Positions 1-13,449 of a stretch of 64,000 bases of DNA are shown here, in pieces. Positions within the stretch are counted from its first letter, which is position 1. Every line of letters begins with the position of its first letter. A program made the position numbers and the translations under genes. The DNA is from Torpedo marmorata (Eukaryota): assembly GCA_977017645.1 (NCBI GenBank), contig OZ360247.1:12586001-12650000 (forward strand), given 5' to 3'. The notes under the pieces are model-generated. The model had not been told where the DNA came from, ran no database searches, and saw only the letters and a list, made by a program, of their open reading frames with translations.

Positions 1-389
1 ATGACGATGGAAACAGAAAAACACAAAGTCTACAGGTCTCATGAGCACAACACACGTTTATTCGTGCACACAGTGAAGGGAATAGACGGTGGGTGAGGGT
101 ATGTGTTGACGGAGGCCCTGAGCTTGCTTTCCTCAATGGCAGACAGTTCTGTCTTCCCATTGTTGTCGTTGTTATTAATAATGTGCCAGATATTATAAGA
201 AGATCTCTGGGTTTCCAAACGAATTGAATATATACTCAGCAGGGAGTTAGTTCTGACTTACAAAACTCACCAATTTCCGCGATCTTGTTAGAATTAATCA
301 GTGGTGAGGAAAATTTGAAACCCGGAAACCCGCTTAAGAACTAATTACTCACCGAGAGGGCGGAGAGCTTGCAGAATTCTTTGTCTCTT

Positions 390-744
390 ACACACACACA
401 AACACACATATATAAATATGTATATATGTACACACGCATACACAAGCACACAGACACAAATACAAACACACACACACAAACACACACACATACACACAAA
501 TACATACACGCAGATACANNNNNNNNNNNNNNNNNNNNNNNNNNNNNNNNNNNNNNNNNNNNNNNNNNNNNNNNNNNNNNNNNNNNNNNNNNNNNNNNNN
601 NNNNNNNNNNNNNNNNNNNNNNNNNNNNNNNNNNNNNNNNNNNNNNNNNNNNNNNNNNNNNNNNNNNNNNNNNNNNNNNNNNNNNNNNNNNNNNNNNNNN
701 NNNNNNNNNNNNNNNNNNNNNNNNNNNNNNNNNNNNNNNNNNNN
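390..744. repeat. (CA)n-type microsatellite running into assembly gap 519-744
   Basis: Direct. Other gaps: 11276-11550, 17728-17937, 21967-22103, 25021-25349, 45843-45985. Confidence 0.95.
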
Positions 745-3590
745 ATGTAAATTGAACATTCACACGGTCAACCCTGCAGCGTTGACGATGGATAAAATGA
801 TATTTTTGTCTGCTATTTTTTTTTAATTGCACTTTATTATATTTCCTTCTTAATATATTTTATGCACGAACCGTATCGTTTTTTTTCTTCCAGGGACTGA
901 TAACAGTGGTTTGCTTGTTCATAAGACCACAAAATATCCCTTAAATACCAAAGCCTGCGATTTGCGGAGAGATATCATCTTGAATCCAAATATCTGGCCA
1001 TGAAAGTTGGATTCCATTAAGTTGTTACCCAGAACATTTTATAAATATGTGCTTTGATGAAGTAACTGGAATGATTTCCATATGTTATGTAAAATAATAT
1101 GGCAAGGCGCCGTCGAATTTCTAAATAGATCCATTGAAATGAGTGGGGACTGATGGTCAACATTTAATATGAACATTCAGGTATACTTCCGGTTTATTTT
1201 TAAACACTTCCTTTAACAAAATGCAAAACATATCATGAAGCTCCCGAGCCCATAAATTGCGACAAATACGGAGGAAACAGACCATTTGATGCCATCGTTA
1301 ATTAACTGGTCGGACAAAAGCGTTATTCGAATGATAACAACAGCAGTGAACCAATGTTAATCCAGCGGCGGTAGTTAGATCTGTTCTTCCTCTTCATGAT
1401 GAACATCGTATTTAACGTGTATGACGGAATTGTCAGTCACTCGGTTTATTGGAATTTATTGGAAACTCGGTTTAATATTCGCTGCACGAACACTCCTGGT
1501 TGAATGTCTGGAAGGGAAAGTTCAGTGTTGTGTGCTGATCTGGGTTGAAGTGACTGACATTCCTTTGAGAGTGAAGGGAGAGACTTCCTTTTCCATGTGG
1601 GCTTCTGCTGAGTTACCGATACACTTCCGAACCAATAGGGTTACGTTTGAAGTGTAATCAATATTATAATATAAAATGATGCATAATCTGGAGCCGAATC
1701 CATGAAAATAACATTTAATGCACAACACACACAACAGTATAATAATCACCAAATGAAGTGTTTGAGTGATGTTAAGGGGTACATTAGCAAGGCCATTGCC
1801 CCCTGTTGTAGTCCAGGTAATACAGTGGAAACCGCCTGGTACATTCCACTTCGGATGCGAAAGGTTGTTCCTCGGACACGGTCTCTGCACAGCGCAGTCT
1901 CAGCTTTTATACTTATTTTCAAATGTCTGGAATGGGACTCAGGGACAACAGGTCTGTTCCACTACGCTACGGCTAACACTATACTCCCCAAACAACCCCT
2001 CTCCCCGATTTTGTATTCATTTAAACAAGGATACGCCGTCGGCCACCGCCAAAATTCTGAGTGCGAAGGAGAGCATACTGATAACACTGACTGCAAATGT
2101 CAAACCAGAAATTCATATACTCAGTTTGAACAGCACGTGAATACATGATTGACGTTGCTTTGATGTTTCAGAACTATTTAAAGCAAGGTGCGGAATTCAA
2201 GATTCAGGACAACTATTCTGGTTCAAACGGGTGACCCTTGAGAAATTTTCAATTCACCACAATCAACTGAGCTTGCTATGAGTCCATTTTTAATTCGCAC
2301 ACTCGAGGTCACTGGTGCCTGTTTTTCTTTACTTTCTAGAATCGCAGATGCAAAGTGTTTTAGGTGTTCACACAGGATCGCTATCAACTCTGCCCTGGGT
2401 ATCATGTCCGGCACAGACACGTGGGTAGAAGGTCGTGTTCCTGTTCGACGTTCTTCTATGTTCTATCGTCAGGTGTGCGCGCCTGGACGATGCAATGTAC
2501 GTCATGCCGAGGAACGTCACGTCAGTGAACATGACCAGTGTTGCAAGCACGTTGAAGGATATCCCAGTGGGAATGCCTCATTTTGCACCGTTCAAGGACG
2601 TTCCTATTGCGAGATTCAGGAATAATCACCGAAGTGAAGAAATGCGAAGGCAACCATTGAAAAACAGCTTCTATGTTAACATTAATTACCTAGATGGATT
2701 TCGCTCATTACAAAGCCTTACTACATTAGGTTGTGAGATACGTTGGAATTATACACAACTACATAAAGGTAATACAAAAATAGATAAGTATTCCAATATA
2801 CCTTTCCATATTCATGTCATTATCTTCCCTACGCCTTATATGATGCTGGCGGCTTCAGAAAGGTAAAAATATCTTGGGTGTAATCCAACCTAGATCCCCT
2901 CTCACATCATCTTCTCCTCGTGCTGCAAATTACACAGATGAAGCAATAAAATACCGCATGTGCTGGAAATTGGAGAAGAAAGAAGAGTATGCACAACAGA
3001 CCAGGCTACATCTGCGAAGAGAGAAACAAGTTAACGTTTCAGGTCGATGACCATCTATCGGTGTCGATGAATGCTCTCTTTCTCTCTCCACGGACGCTGC
3101 ACGATTTGCTGACAATTTCCGTGGTACTCTAATTCCGCTGAATACTCTTTGACCATGCGGCAGAAAACACGAGCACTTTCCCCTCCATCAGGCCACTACC
3201 AACTGAATTACCTCAAAAATGGCAAATAACCTTATGCTCAAACCGATGAACAAAGCCGCGAACATATTAGTACTAAATCCAAGGTTTTGTTTTCTCTCGT
3301 GTGCTTTCCAACGCAACTGCTCTCACGATCTGCTGCATTCGCCATCTGTTATATTAAATCGGATTCTTTCCTGCTATCGCATTCTTAGTCCACCAAATGC
3401 CCTTTCAAATTCAATGATTAGCTCATTCACATATTCATAGTTGCATGCCACGACTCAGATCTTCCAACAAATATTTTCTTAATGGCACTGTAAGTAAACT
3501 GTGTTTAATTATTGTTGGTCTTTAACTTATTTAAACGACGCTGAGCAGAGACTCAATATAGCTTCATCTCTGGATATGGTTATTAGAGGC

Positions 3591-3725
3591 CAGTGGTTCT
3601 CAACCATTTTTTACCCACTCACATGCCACTTTAAGTAATCCCTTACTAACCACAGAGCACCTATGGCAACCTATGGGATTACTTAAGGTGGTCTGTGAGT
3701 GGAAAAAAAAGGTTGAGAACCACTG
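3591..3725. mobile_element. hAT-Charlie-type MITE (palindromic)
   Basis: TIRs CAGTGGTTCTCAACC / GGTTGAGAACCACTG; degraded 8-bp TSD ttagaggc / ttatagac. Confidence 0.85.
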
Positions 3726-3807
3726 TTATAGACTCAGCTCTCCAGAACAAATTGGTTGACTCATGTTATTCCGACACTATTAGCTTACTCTGATTATTTC
3801 TTTAATA

Positions 3808-4320
3808 TATTCAGTCAAGGATGTGAAAGTTGCCCGGGCAGTTTTACTCACGCCCAGATGCCCTCGAGAAGGTTACCTTGAGTCCAGATGCCCTTGAGAA
3901 GGTTGCCTTGAGTCCAGATGCCCTTGAGAAGGTTGCTTTGAGTCACCTTCTTAAATAGCGCTTGGCCTTCTCGCCATTAAATGTGAGCTCCAAGGTTTCA
4001 GCGGATCTATTTTCCGATCAGGGCGGCGTGCTCCTGCAAGGGGTGATGACGTTCCTTTGCAACTCTTGCCCTTATGCACCCGAGAATTAGATGTCTCCGG
4101 GTTGAAACGTGCTTTCGAACAGCTTTCGAGAAACACCACGATTCCATTTGATAATCGAGTACACTGTATTTCTGGTGCGCCGGAGTTTATGGTGTGGATA
4201 GGGTGCCTGTCAAGCTAGCCGCTTCTCTTGGTGTGAGCTTCTCGGGAGCTGTTGGAACCTTGCCCGTCCTCCTCAAAAGTAGTCAATGCACTATTATCAG
4301 TATTTTCTGTTGATTTGCAT
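3808..4320 (-). mobile_element. Old CR1-type LINE 3' fragment containing a 30-bp x3 tandem expansion (3854-3943)
   Basis: tgcccttgagaaggt...ccttct motif typical of elasmobranch CR1 ends; unit ccagatgcccttgagaaggttgccttgagt. Confidence 0.55.
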
Positions 4321-5803
4321 CACCTGTGCTTTTTTATGTTTCAACAATTCATAAAGCTTTTCCACTCATCTTACGCCAGTGACCTCTGTGTGCGTTTGCA
4401 CTGTGGATTTTGTTACCTCGCATGGAATATTAAGAGAACTCTCCAATCTAGTTTAGCCCAAGCAATTCAGTTATGTAGATTCAATCTGCATTTCGTAATT
4501 CGGGTGCAGAATCTAGAATTGGCTTTCCATATAATCCTGGAAGGATGCCAAGCTGTGCTGGGTACTGACTTTCGGCTGAGGGTTTAAACCGAGTCCTCTG
4601 CCACCTTCTCCGAGTGACATCTCAGGATGGTTCACCACCACCTTGACTGGCTTTAATCCTGTATTATTATCGGTTAAAAAAATCATCCCCCCCCCTCCGA
4701 GGTGCCTTGTGAGAGCTTAGAATGTCAACATGGTTTCCAATATTCAACAGCAACTGCACTCCAGATGTGCGGAGGGACGTTCTCGTATCACCAATGGACT
4801 GCATAAAAGTAAGTTGCCCTACTTTAATGATCTTGCAAATAACCATCCGAGACTCTCATATTCATGAAACAATATTTATTCATTTATTTGTATACATGAA
4901 TACTTGTCCTGCATATGTATTGTTCGTCTGTGTGTGTGTGTTCTGTCTGGTTGTGTGTCTGCATGTTTTGCACCGAGGACTGGAGAACGCTGTTTCATCG
5001 GGTTGTACTTGTGGAATCAGATAACAATAAACTTGAATTGACTACTTACTTTGTGGGTGATATTTCAAATGCAAAGTTACATATTCCACGTCTAACATTG
5101 CATTGTTTTGAGGGAATAGTGATGATTCTGCATTCTAGCTCACTTACACCCGCAAGTGACAATATATTGCTCACAAAACGCAGATGTTGTTACAAAATAC
5201 CGCATTATAATCTTCAGATTTTGTCAACGTGTCCAAAAAACGAGTTTTGTTTTCAGAGAGAAAATGCAAATTTGCAGCGGAAGTGTGTTGGGTTTCAGAG
5301 TTGCACGAGTTCTCTCTCGGTGCGTGGTGGGGGGAGGGGGGGGTGGGGTGGGGAAACAACAGCTGTATTTTCGCTATGGCTTTAAAGCTGCCCTTACCCG
5401 TCTGTCTCCGGATCGCTTTGTCTGTTCCTACACTGAAACACAGTCTTGGGATCTCACTTACATCAATCAATCTCAACTCAGATCAATAGAGACCGAAAGT
5501 TGAATTTAAATTAACAGTTGTTTCTGAAACCAGGGGAAAATGTTTACTTTCTGCATTTTAACGTGACGCCATCTCTCCAAATATTTAAAATAAGACACAC
5601 TGTGACGTGAAATGATGAATAACGCTCTTGTAGAATTGGCCATAAATACTGCAGCTGCTGAAGTGAGTTTCGACGTAAGTGGGCAGTTTGCGGTTGAATG
5701 CTGCATGTTGCGATGAGCCGACATCATCGTTAAATGTTCGCTGGAGATTTTGTGTTTGCTACAATTTTGAATCAGAGGGGGGTGCCGGTAGATATGGATT
5801 TAA

Positions 5804-5994
5804 TCCTTTGGACTCCGGCCATTTTTAATCTTTCATAATATATACTCCGGACTGGGTCCATGGGTAAACTACAGTAACCAACACCAGTATGAACCAGCTG
5901 GTGGTTGGGTATAAAACCAGTCCCGGAAAACGGGGACACGGAGTATATGCGCTTGTTGGTAGTCCCTGAATACCGGGACACGGAGTCCAAAGGG
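5804..5994. mobile_element. piggyBac-type MITE
   Basis: TTAA on both flanks (5800-5803, 5995-5998); TIRs (t)CCTTTGGACTCCG / CGGAGTCCAAAGGG. Confidence 0.8.
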
Positions 5995-6640
5995 TTAATT
6001 GTCTAATCCTTAAGAGGACACGAATTGACTACATTTTGACCTCAGAAGATGCTCCAAAGCTTAAGTTATCGAGAAGTCCTTCGCCGTCCACGACGCAAGG
6101 GTGATATCGTCTCCCGTCGCCAACACACAGTCCCTCCCATCATAACACTTGGCAATAAAAAAAAGAAAATAATATCTCCTACTGTTAAATTGAAAGGATT
6201 GTGATTGTCGGCGATACACTGCTGGCATCTCTTTGCTCTGACCCCCGGGAAAACATGGGGAATGAAAGGGACAGCGCTTAGCAATCCAACTGAGAATTGT
6301 AGACTATGGAACTTCCTCTGTGGTCAAGGTGTGGACGTTCATTTTCTCCTGGCCATCAAGACCAGATCTGCTTCAAAAATAAAAACAATCTCAGATTGTT
6401 CTCTGCGGCTTCTTTTCAGGGGAATGAGACCAAAGGTTTGTTTTTTTCTAACTGGCAGTTCATCCAGCAAGTGAAGAGAAAATAATTGATTTTCACAGTC
6501 ATTATATATACATATCTATAAAGACGGACACCTCTTTCGCATGTTCGAACTACAATTGAACAAATGTCAGGGGCTAACCTTTCCTCCACAAAACTGTAGG
6601 AATTTGAGATTAGCATTTAGTTTACACCCACAAAAAATAA

Positions 6641-7084
6641 ATCAGAATCAGAATTTATTGTCATGAACATGTCACGAAATTCGTTGTTTTGCGGCAGCAT
6701 CGCAGTGCAAACATTTATATAATCCACATTTCAAAATAAATACAAATAGTGCAAGAAAAAGAAAAAGTCAAAGTAAGGCAGTGTTTGTGGTTCATTGATC
6801 ATTCAGGAATCTGATGGCAGCGGGGAAGAAGCTGTCCTTGTGCCACTGAGTGCTCGTCTTCAGGCTCCTGTACCTTTTTCCCGATGGTAGCAGAGTGAAG
6901 AGGGCATGGCCTGGGTGGTGGGGGTCCTTGGGTGGTTCTTGTCCTCAGCGTTGGCACCTCCGCACCAGACAGTGATGCAACCAGACAGCATGCTCTCCAC
7001 CTTGCAGAAGTTTTCGAGAGTCTTCGGTGACATACCAAATCTCCTCAAACTCCTCACAAAGTATAGCCGCGGGCGAGCCTTCAT
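6641..7084 (-). mobile_element. Rex1/Babar-type LINE 3' fragment
   Basis: KARPRLYFVRSLRRFG...ESMLSGCITVW (DUF1891-like post-RT motif); (aatcag)n tail. Confidence 0.8.
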
Positions 7085-7203
7085 GTCCTTGTCATATTAC
7101 ATTATGTAACTAGACTGATAACAAGACAAGATTCTGATTTAGTTAGAAGGGTCAAGACATGTGACGCTGGATGCGGAATTCCATTAAAGCATATGTTCTA
7201 AAT

Positions 7204-7578
7204 CTGTGGTTTTCAAACTTTTTCTTTCCACTCACATTCCACCTTAAGTAATCCCTATGCCATAGGTGCTCTGTGATTAGTAAGGGATTACTTAACGTGG
7301 TATGTGAGTGGAAAGAAAAAGGTTTGAAAACCACTGTTTTAATCGTACCTAATTGACTCGTTATGTGCACGGTTTCATAACTCCAAAGGAAATGGGCCAA
7401 TGACATTTTTCTCAAGCAAATTATTTCAGTAACAATTGGGTCTAGAGCAGTGGTTCTCAATCTTTTTTCCCCACTCACATACCACCTTAAGTAATCCCTT
7501 ACTAATCACAGAGCACCTATGGCATAGGGATTACTTAAGGTGGTATGTGAGTGGAAAGAAAAAGTTTGAAAACCACTC
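7204..7578. mobile_element. Composite hAT element: two inverted MITE copies (7204-7336, 7448-7578) around a 111-bp spacer
   Basis: Each unit matches the 3591 MITE; exact 8-bp TSD ttctaaat occurs only at the outer ends (7196-7203, 7579-7586). Confidence 0.85.
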
Positions 7579-9975
7579 TTCTAAATTAAGCGCTTACTTG
7601 TGTAAATTACTCTGACGTTTCACTCTCACTGTTCATTGTGGACGATTATGTGGACTGTCAAATAGACTTCCGGTAGCATTAGATTAATTGGAAAATGTTC
7701 TACGTTGCAGATTGCGTCAAATCGCAGCCGTGATTTTGTAAAATATGGAAGTCGTCAGTCGTCTACCATTACTGTCAACCTTTGGTCAATTGATATAATC
7801 GTTTATTTTAACTCAATCCTGTTAAGTATTTGGATTTTGTTTTGTTTTGTAATACTTTAACATTTTCGACATCGTGCTATATCTGCCTCGCAAATAATAT
7901 TTCTGTCCCAGCCAACTGACACATTCTTCGTAGGAAACCAATTGGGAATAGCAGGAGTGCCAGGAGGCGAGGGGAGGGGGCAGGGTGGTAGGGAGAGGAG
8001 AAGGGAAATGGATCGAGGTGGGGCAGTAGGAACAAAGTCAGCATGCTCTCGCCTTCGTGGCGACATGCAGGCCTAATGGAGCAGCTGCCTTTTTTTCCTG
8101 CTCACAACTTTCTCATGTTGCTAGCAAGCCCGCTTAAATATTAATGATGAGATGAAAATTGAGGGTTTATTGTCACGGACGTAAGTACAATGTACAGATG
8201 CACCGAAAGCCCTACTTGCTGCAGCAACACAGGAGCGTAAGGTGCAACTACTGCGGTATATATTAAAATTAATTGCGAATAATAAATTAAAATAAACCAG
8301 AAACGTCTCAAATAATCAACGCGTCTCTGGTCTGTATTAAAAATAGACTGCTCTGGTTGTTGGGAAAGCCATACTTTATGCGTAATCTCCAGGAATAGCT
8401 GTGAAGTGTCGAGTATCAGGACATAAATCACTAGGTCCACATTGCTCTGGATTCTCTCCGCAGATACCTACCTGTACCAGGATCAAGGGGTCTGTAAACA
8501 GAGAAACCACGCATGCTTTGTTACAAGTAACAGATACACGTGATCTGGACAACAAGGGATTCTGAACTTCACAAAATAAATTTAAACAGAACAGGAATTG
8601 TTGGAGAATAAATTTGCTTGCTAAAGTTTGAAGGATATCTCCTCACAAGTGTTTGACTTCAATATGACTTTACAAGAACCTTCAATGCATTTTTATTTGG
8701 AAGCGCGGCCTCTGCCGCGCGGACTCGAATAGAACAGTTAACCTGACCTCCGTGAAGATCTGGGGAGCAAACATTTGGCAAGTGTGTTGCACACATCAGC
8801 GAATAGCTTGAATATGCGAGAGGGAACATTTGTTTAATGCAAGATCTACAGGTAGTTTGTGAAGGTATCTTTTGCATTTCCCAACAAGACGAAATGGCAT
8901 TTTCTAAATCGCTCCACCTCAATGAAGTACTTAAAAATATGTAATCCTAGTTAGGTCCAATCTTAGTGCTAACCCCGTCACATTGTATTACTCATCTGAT
9001 CATTGACGTGAGCATGAACTTAAAAAGACTATTCAAGGTCTCTCTCTCTCTCTCTCTGTCTGTATTTTGAGGAAAAATTGGTTAATGTTTCTCATTCTGT
9101 TCTTTCAGGTGTTGTAACTGTTGCGCAGAATCACAGTAACTCTTATCTGTGATTGTTGCATATTCTGTCCATATCTCATATTTACATAGAAATCGAATAG
9201 CCAGGTTCCTGACTTCGATCATGAAGCTTTTAATAGCTGTGGGTGGACTATAGCGTTAGAGGCGCTTAGGCAATTTCTGCCGGTGGCGAATCTGTCTGCC
9301 TTGCAGCAGGCAAAAATAAATTTCATGGAATATGACACTGTCTTATTACTATGACAATAAATTTAATCTTGAATCTTGAAGTTAGTTTTCAGTGCACGAT
9401 TCCACGTCGCCATTGCAATAATAATTAAGTCATATAGAAAATATGGGATTATGATGTTAGAGCGGCAAAGACCCAGTAACTGGGCCCACATCCCCGCAAA
9501 TGAGGGCGATAGCTTTACAGGGAAAGGGTCAAAATAACACGGCAGTTTATAATAAGTTAGAGAAACACAAAAATAACTGCCGGAATCTTGAGCAGACAAA
9601 TTATTGGTGGAGGAACTCAGTATGTCAGCCAGCATCCATGGACAGAAATGTCAGTCAACGTTTCGGGTCTGTTAAGTTAATAATAAGTGACCGAAATGAC
9701 TATTCTGCGCAGGGATAAGATGCGAGCTCGAGAGGGGAGACAGCGGACAATAAAGCAAGCGAGAGTGGAGATGGTTTCCGGGAGAGAAGCGGGTTCTCGG
9801 GGCATATTGCACTAACTGCAAATGTGAATATTTTTTTACCTATCATTTTATATTTATGCTCTTTTTGCCTGGTGCTCGTTATGGTAAATTTATTTATACT
9901 ATTGTAGTTTATGTATATATCATTAAACTGCGGGGGGGTGGGGGGGTTGAGTTGGAGTGGCGATTGGAGAGAGCT

Positions 9976-10124
9976 GATTGGGAGTTGAGTGAAGGATAAG
10001 CACATACCGTGCGCTGGAAGGGAACCAGTGCTGGGATTTGCTGGGCAGATTGGGAGTTGAGTGAAGGATAAGCACATACCGTGCGCTGGAAGGAAACCAG
10101 TGCTGGGATTTGCTGGGCAGATTG
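9976..10124. repeat. 72-bp tandem duplication
   Basis: gattgggagttgagtgaagg...gatttgctgggca at 9976 and 10048, with one mismatch. Confidence 0.93.
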
Positions 10125-11154
10125 AGGGAGGGGCAGGGTGGAGACTGCTCGCCACATGGGCACCGAACTCGCCGACGGCGATTGAACCCTTTGGAATCTT
10201 AGTCACGATAGCATTTTATTGCCAACACACACGACATATTCCTCGATCATTAGCACAATTTCAGAAATCAGCACAATGTTTAATTTTCTAAGCACGGCGT
10301 CAGAATGCAATATAAATGAACGCCATTTTTCTTAAGTTTCTGGACTTCCTATAGATTAGGTTCAGAAAAATCTCTTCGAGGGACCCGATATCACTTCGAT
10401 ATGACAAAGTTCGAGGAAATTGGGATATTTTCAGTTCGTCGAGTTTTTAGGGTGGGAGTGCTATTCTATTTTTTAACATTAAAGTAATCTAATGAGAGCG
10501 GATAACTGAGAGTGACTCTGCGATCAGCCACACAAAGCCAATGCACTGTTGAAACGCGGACTAATCAGATGGAGAGAGGCGGAACTTCATCTGTGGCTGC
10601 AAAAGAGAGAAAGAGAGAGAGAGAGAGAGCATTGTATAACACCAGGCACTGGGGGGAAACTGACAGATACCAGATCAACTGGAAGTAATGAGCGGGAAAT
10701 GTAAATGCTTTAGACTGGCTGAAAACAAGAAGAAAACGGAGTGAGTGAAGCTTTAAATGCCGCTTCATCAATGGAGGAATTTGCCTGTTCGTGAGCCACT
10801 TAGGGTCACGAAAAAAGTCCCCCAGTAAGAGGCGTGCGTCATTAGTAACATCCCTTCCACAGAAAGAAGAAATAGTTTTTTTTTATCCTAACCTCCAGCA
10901 TCCGCCTATTAATTAACTCCGGGATCTAGCGGTTCCTTGAAAAGGAGAACGGCTATTCGCGAGCTCGTTGAGAAATAAATAACGCCTTTGTCACTGCTTA
11001 GCAGATAAAAATGATTATATTGGGGGGAGAACGCATTGTGTGTGTGTGGCCGCGTCGGTGTTTGTGTTTTGTGGATGTGTGTGTTTACCTGTACGCCAAT
11101 AGATGCTGCCGTATTGAATGTAGTTAAGATTTATTTTTGAATAATAGGGGAATG

Positions 11155-11275
11155 AAGGGTTATGGGGAACAGGAGGGTACGTGGGGGTGAGTCCACGGCC
11201 AGATCAGCCATGATCTTATTGAATGGTGGAGCAGGCTCGACGGGCCAGAAGGCCGACTCCTGCTCTTATCATATT
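11155..11275 (+). mobile_element. CR1 LINE 3' end
   Basis: gatcagccatgatcttattgaatggtggagcaggctcgacgggcc...ggccgactcctgctc; runs into an assembly gap. Confidence 0.8.
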
Positions 11276-13000
11276 NNNNNNNNNNNNNNNNNNNNNNNNN
11301 NNNNNNNNNNNNNNNNNNNNNNNNNNNNNNNNNNNNNNNNNNNNNNNNNNNNNNNNNNNNNNNNNNNNNNNNNNNNNNNNNNNNNNNNNNNNNNNNNNNN
11401 NNNNNNNNNNNNNNNNNNNNNNNNNNNNNNNNNNNNNNNNNNNNNNNNNNNNNNNNNNNNNNNNNNNNNNNNNNNNNNNNNNNNNNNNNNNNNNNNNNNN
11501 NNNNNNNNNNNNNNNNNNNNNNNNNNNNNNNNNNNNNNNNNNNNNNNNNNGTGCGCGTGCGTGTGTATGTTGAGAGTGGGAAATCCACATTTAAATTACG
11601 GAAGCGCCAATTAAAACAGGACGGGCTATGTCATGGGAGGAGTATACTACAATGGATAATTTAAGAGAAGCTCAAGAACGTCAGAAAAAAGCGGAACAAA
11701 AATAATTAAGAGAGCTGCTGGGAAATTATCTGAAATCTATTAAAAGAGTTTTATTTTTATTGTCCTTTATAGGAGATTAAAACCTTCGAGGCGCCCGACC
11801 TACCAACTCTCTCGAATCCAGCGCCCATGAAACATAAGAGTGTTGTTTTGAATTCCTTGTTGGCATTCGGAAGAAAGGCCATCGGAATGTGGCGTCTATG
11901 AAACCTTGCAAACGTACTGCTGGCAAATCCCAGTGACTTGCAATCCCACAGGCCTAATTGGCACTCTATTGATCCGTGCAAACTAGCCAAATGGCATTTA
12001 ATGCACCTGTAATAAAATCAAAGGAGATAATAATGTAAAAAAAATATAACATATGAAGGTGAGATTGCTTTAAAAAGAAAATCATTAACTTCGATTCTAA
12101 TTCCCAAGCCTCACTCCATGTGGCCATGATTGGACCGCAATTGGAAGACCAAGTCGAGTTTAAAAGCCGTGCACGACGTGCCCGCACAATATTGGCGCAT
12201 TTTGTTTTCAGCCATATCATGACTTTGTTCGACATTGAAGAGAAAATGGCGGAAGCGCTGCAAAAATTCACCTCCTCTATCCAACTGAAATAAACGTTTC
12301 CGCATTCAGCGGCGTGGCCTCGGGTTTCAGGAAAGTCGCGACGTGGCTGCAAGGTTGCATTTTAAAACTCTATCCTGCCGGCTGCTTTCAAACACTTCAT
12401 ATGCCTTCCTTTATAGCTACCCGCTCCGCGTGTAGAAAGAAATCTTACAAACTGCACAATGACACTGATGTGAATGTCCAGAATATTTCCTTTCCTACCA
12501 ATTCTGGACATTTTCCAGGAATATTTCTTGCCGGTTAACGGGCATGAATTAGCCAAGCTGATCGTCCTCACTTCATTACACAATTAAAACTCGCTCTCTT
12601 CATATAGTCCCTCACTGCGAACTGTATTCCTGCAATCCAGCCTGGAAGAAGTGACAACTTCTGTCCATGGATCTTTCCCACCAAATGAGTTAGATCACTC
12701 CCGTCATCCTCAGGAGTATTCGCCCTCTGTATATGGACCCGAGATCTGGTTACAAGGTTCCATGCAACCGAGCAACTCGGTAGAAATTCAGCGTGGAAAC
12801 ACACGGAAAGTCTGAAGTACAAGACTAAAAACGCAAAGTTGAAAAAGTAACATCTTAATTCAAGGACGTCAGTGAAATTGCATTGCAAGTGTCAGGCAAA
12901 CTTCTAATTAATTTGCCTAATTTGCACCATTCTATTACTCTCCTATCCAATTCTTGCATTGGCGTTAATTTTTTGGCTCTCCCGTCCATACACGAATGGT

Positions 13001-13449
13001 GGTGGTAAATTTCGAACAGTTGGGGTCGTGGGAGAGGATTGGAACTGGATTGACGGAAATCTGACGAGGAGATGGTCTGGCGACCACCATAATGTGGGTG
13101 AGAATTGGATTAGCCCGTAAATTCATCAAGAATGCACTATTTTGCCTGCTACTTTTACCAGTTAAGTGTTTACTAATTAGAGAGATAGTCAATTAATTGT
13201 GCAAACGTGTTGTTAGCATGGATTTTATGGTTCAGGTATCCCATGCTACGAACATGTTTGCACAATTAATCGACTGTCCCTCTAATTAGTAAGCACTTAA
13301 CTGGTAAAAGTAATAGGCAACATAGTGCATTCTTGATGAATTTACGGGCTATTCCAATTCTCACCCACATTAGACCATCTCCTCGTCCGATTTTCGTCAA
13401 ACCAGTTCCAATCCTTCCTCACCACCCCAACCGTTGGAAACTCGCCATT
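13001..13449. repeat. Long near-perfect inverted repeat (about 210-bp arms, 16-nt loop at ~13223-13238)
   Basis: 13037-13222 and 13239-13413 are reverse complements at roughly 90% identity with one 12-nt indel; weaker pairing extends about 35 bp further on each side. Confidence 0.92.

Noticed and set aside
341-832. Long ORFs across N-gaps (also near 11.2, 17.5, 21.9, 24.8 and 45.6 kb)
   Set aside because: Artefacts of N runs and dinucleotide repeats lacking stop codons.
1421-2866. Cluster of overlapping 60-150-aa ORFs
   Set aside because: No recognisable domain and no consistent exon structure; compatible with chance ORFs.
9700-10206. 168-aa ORF with an internal 24-aa repeat
   Set aside because: Explained by the 72-bp tandem duplication; no homology recognised.
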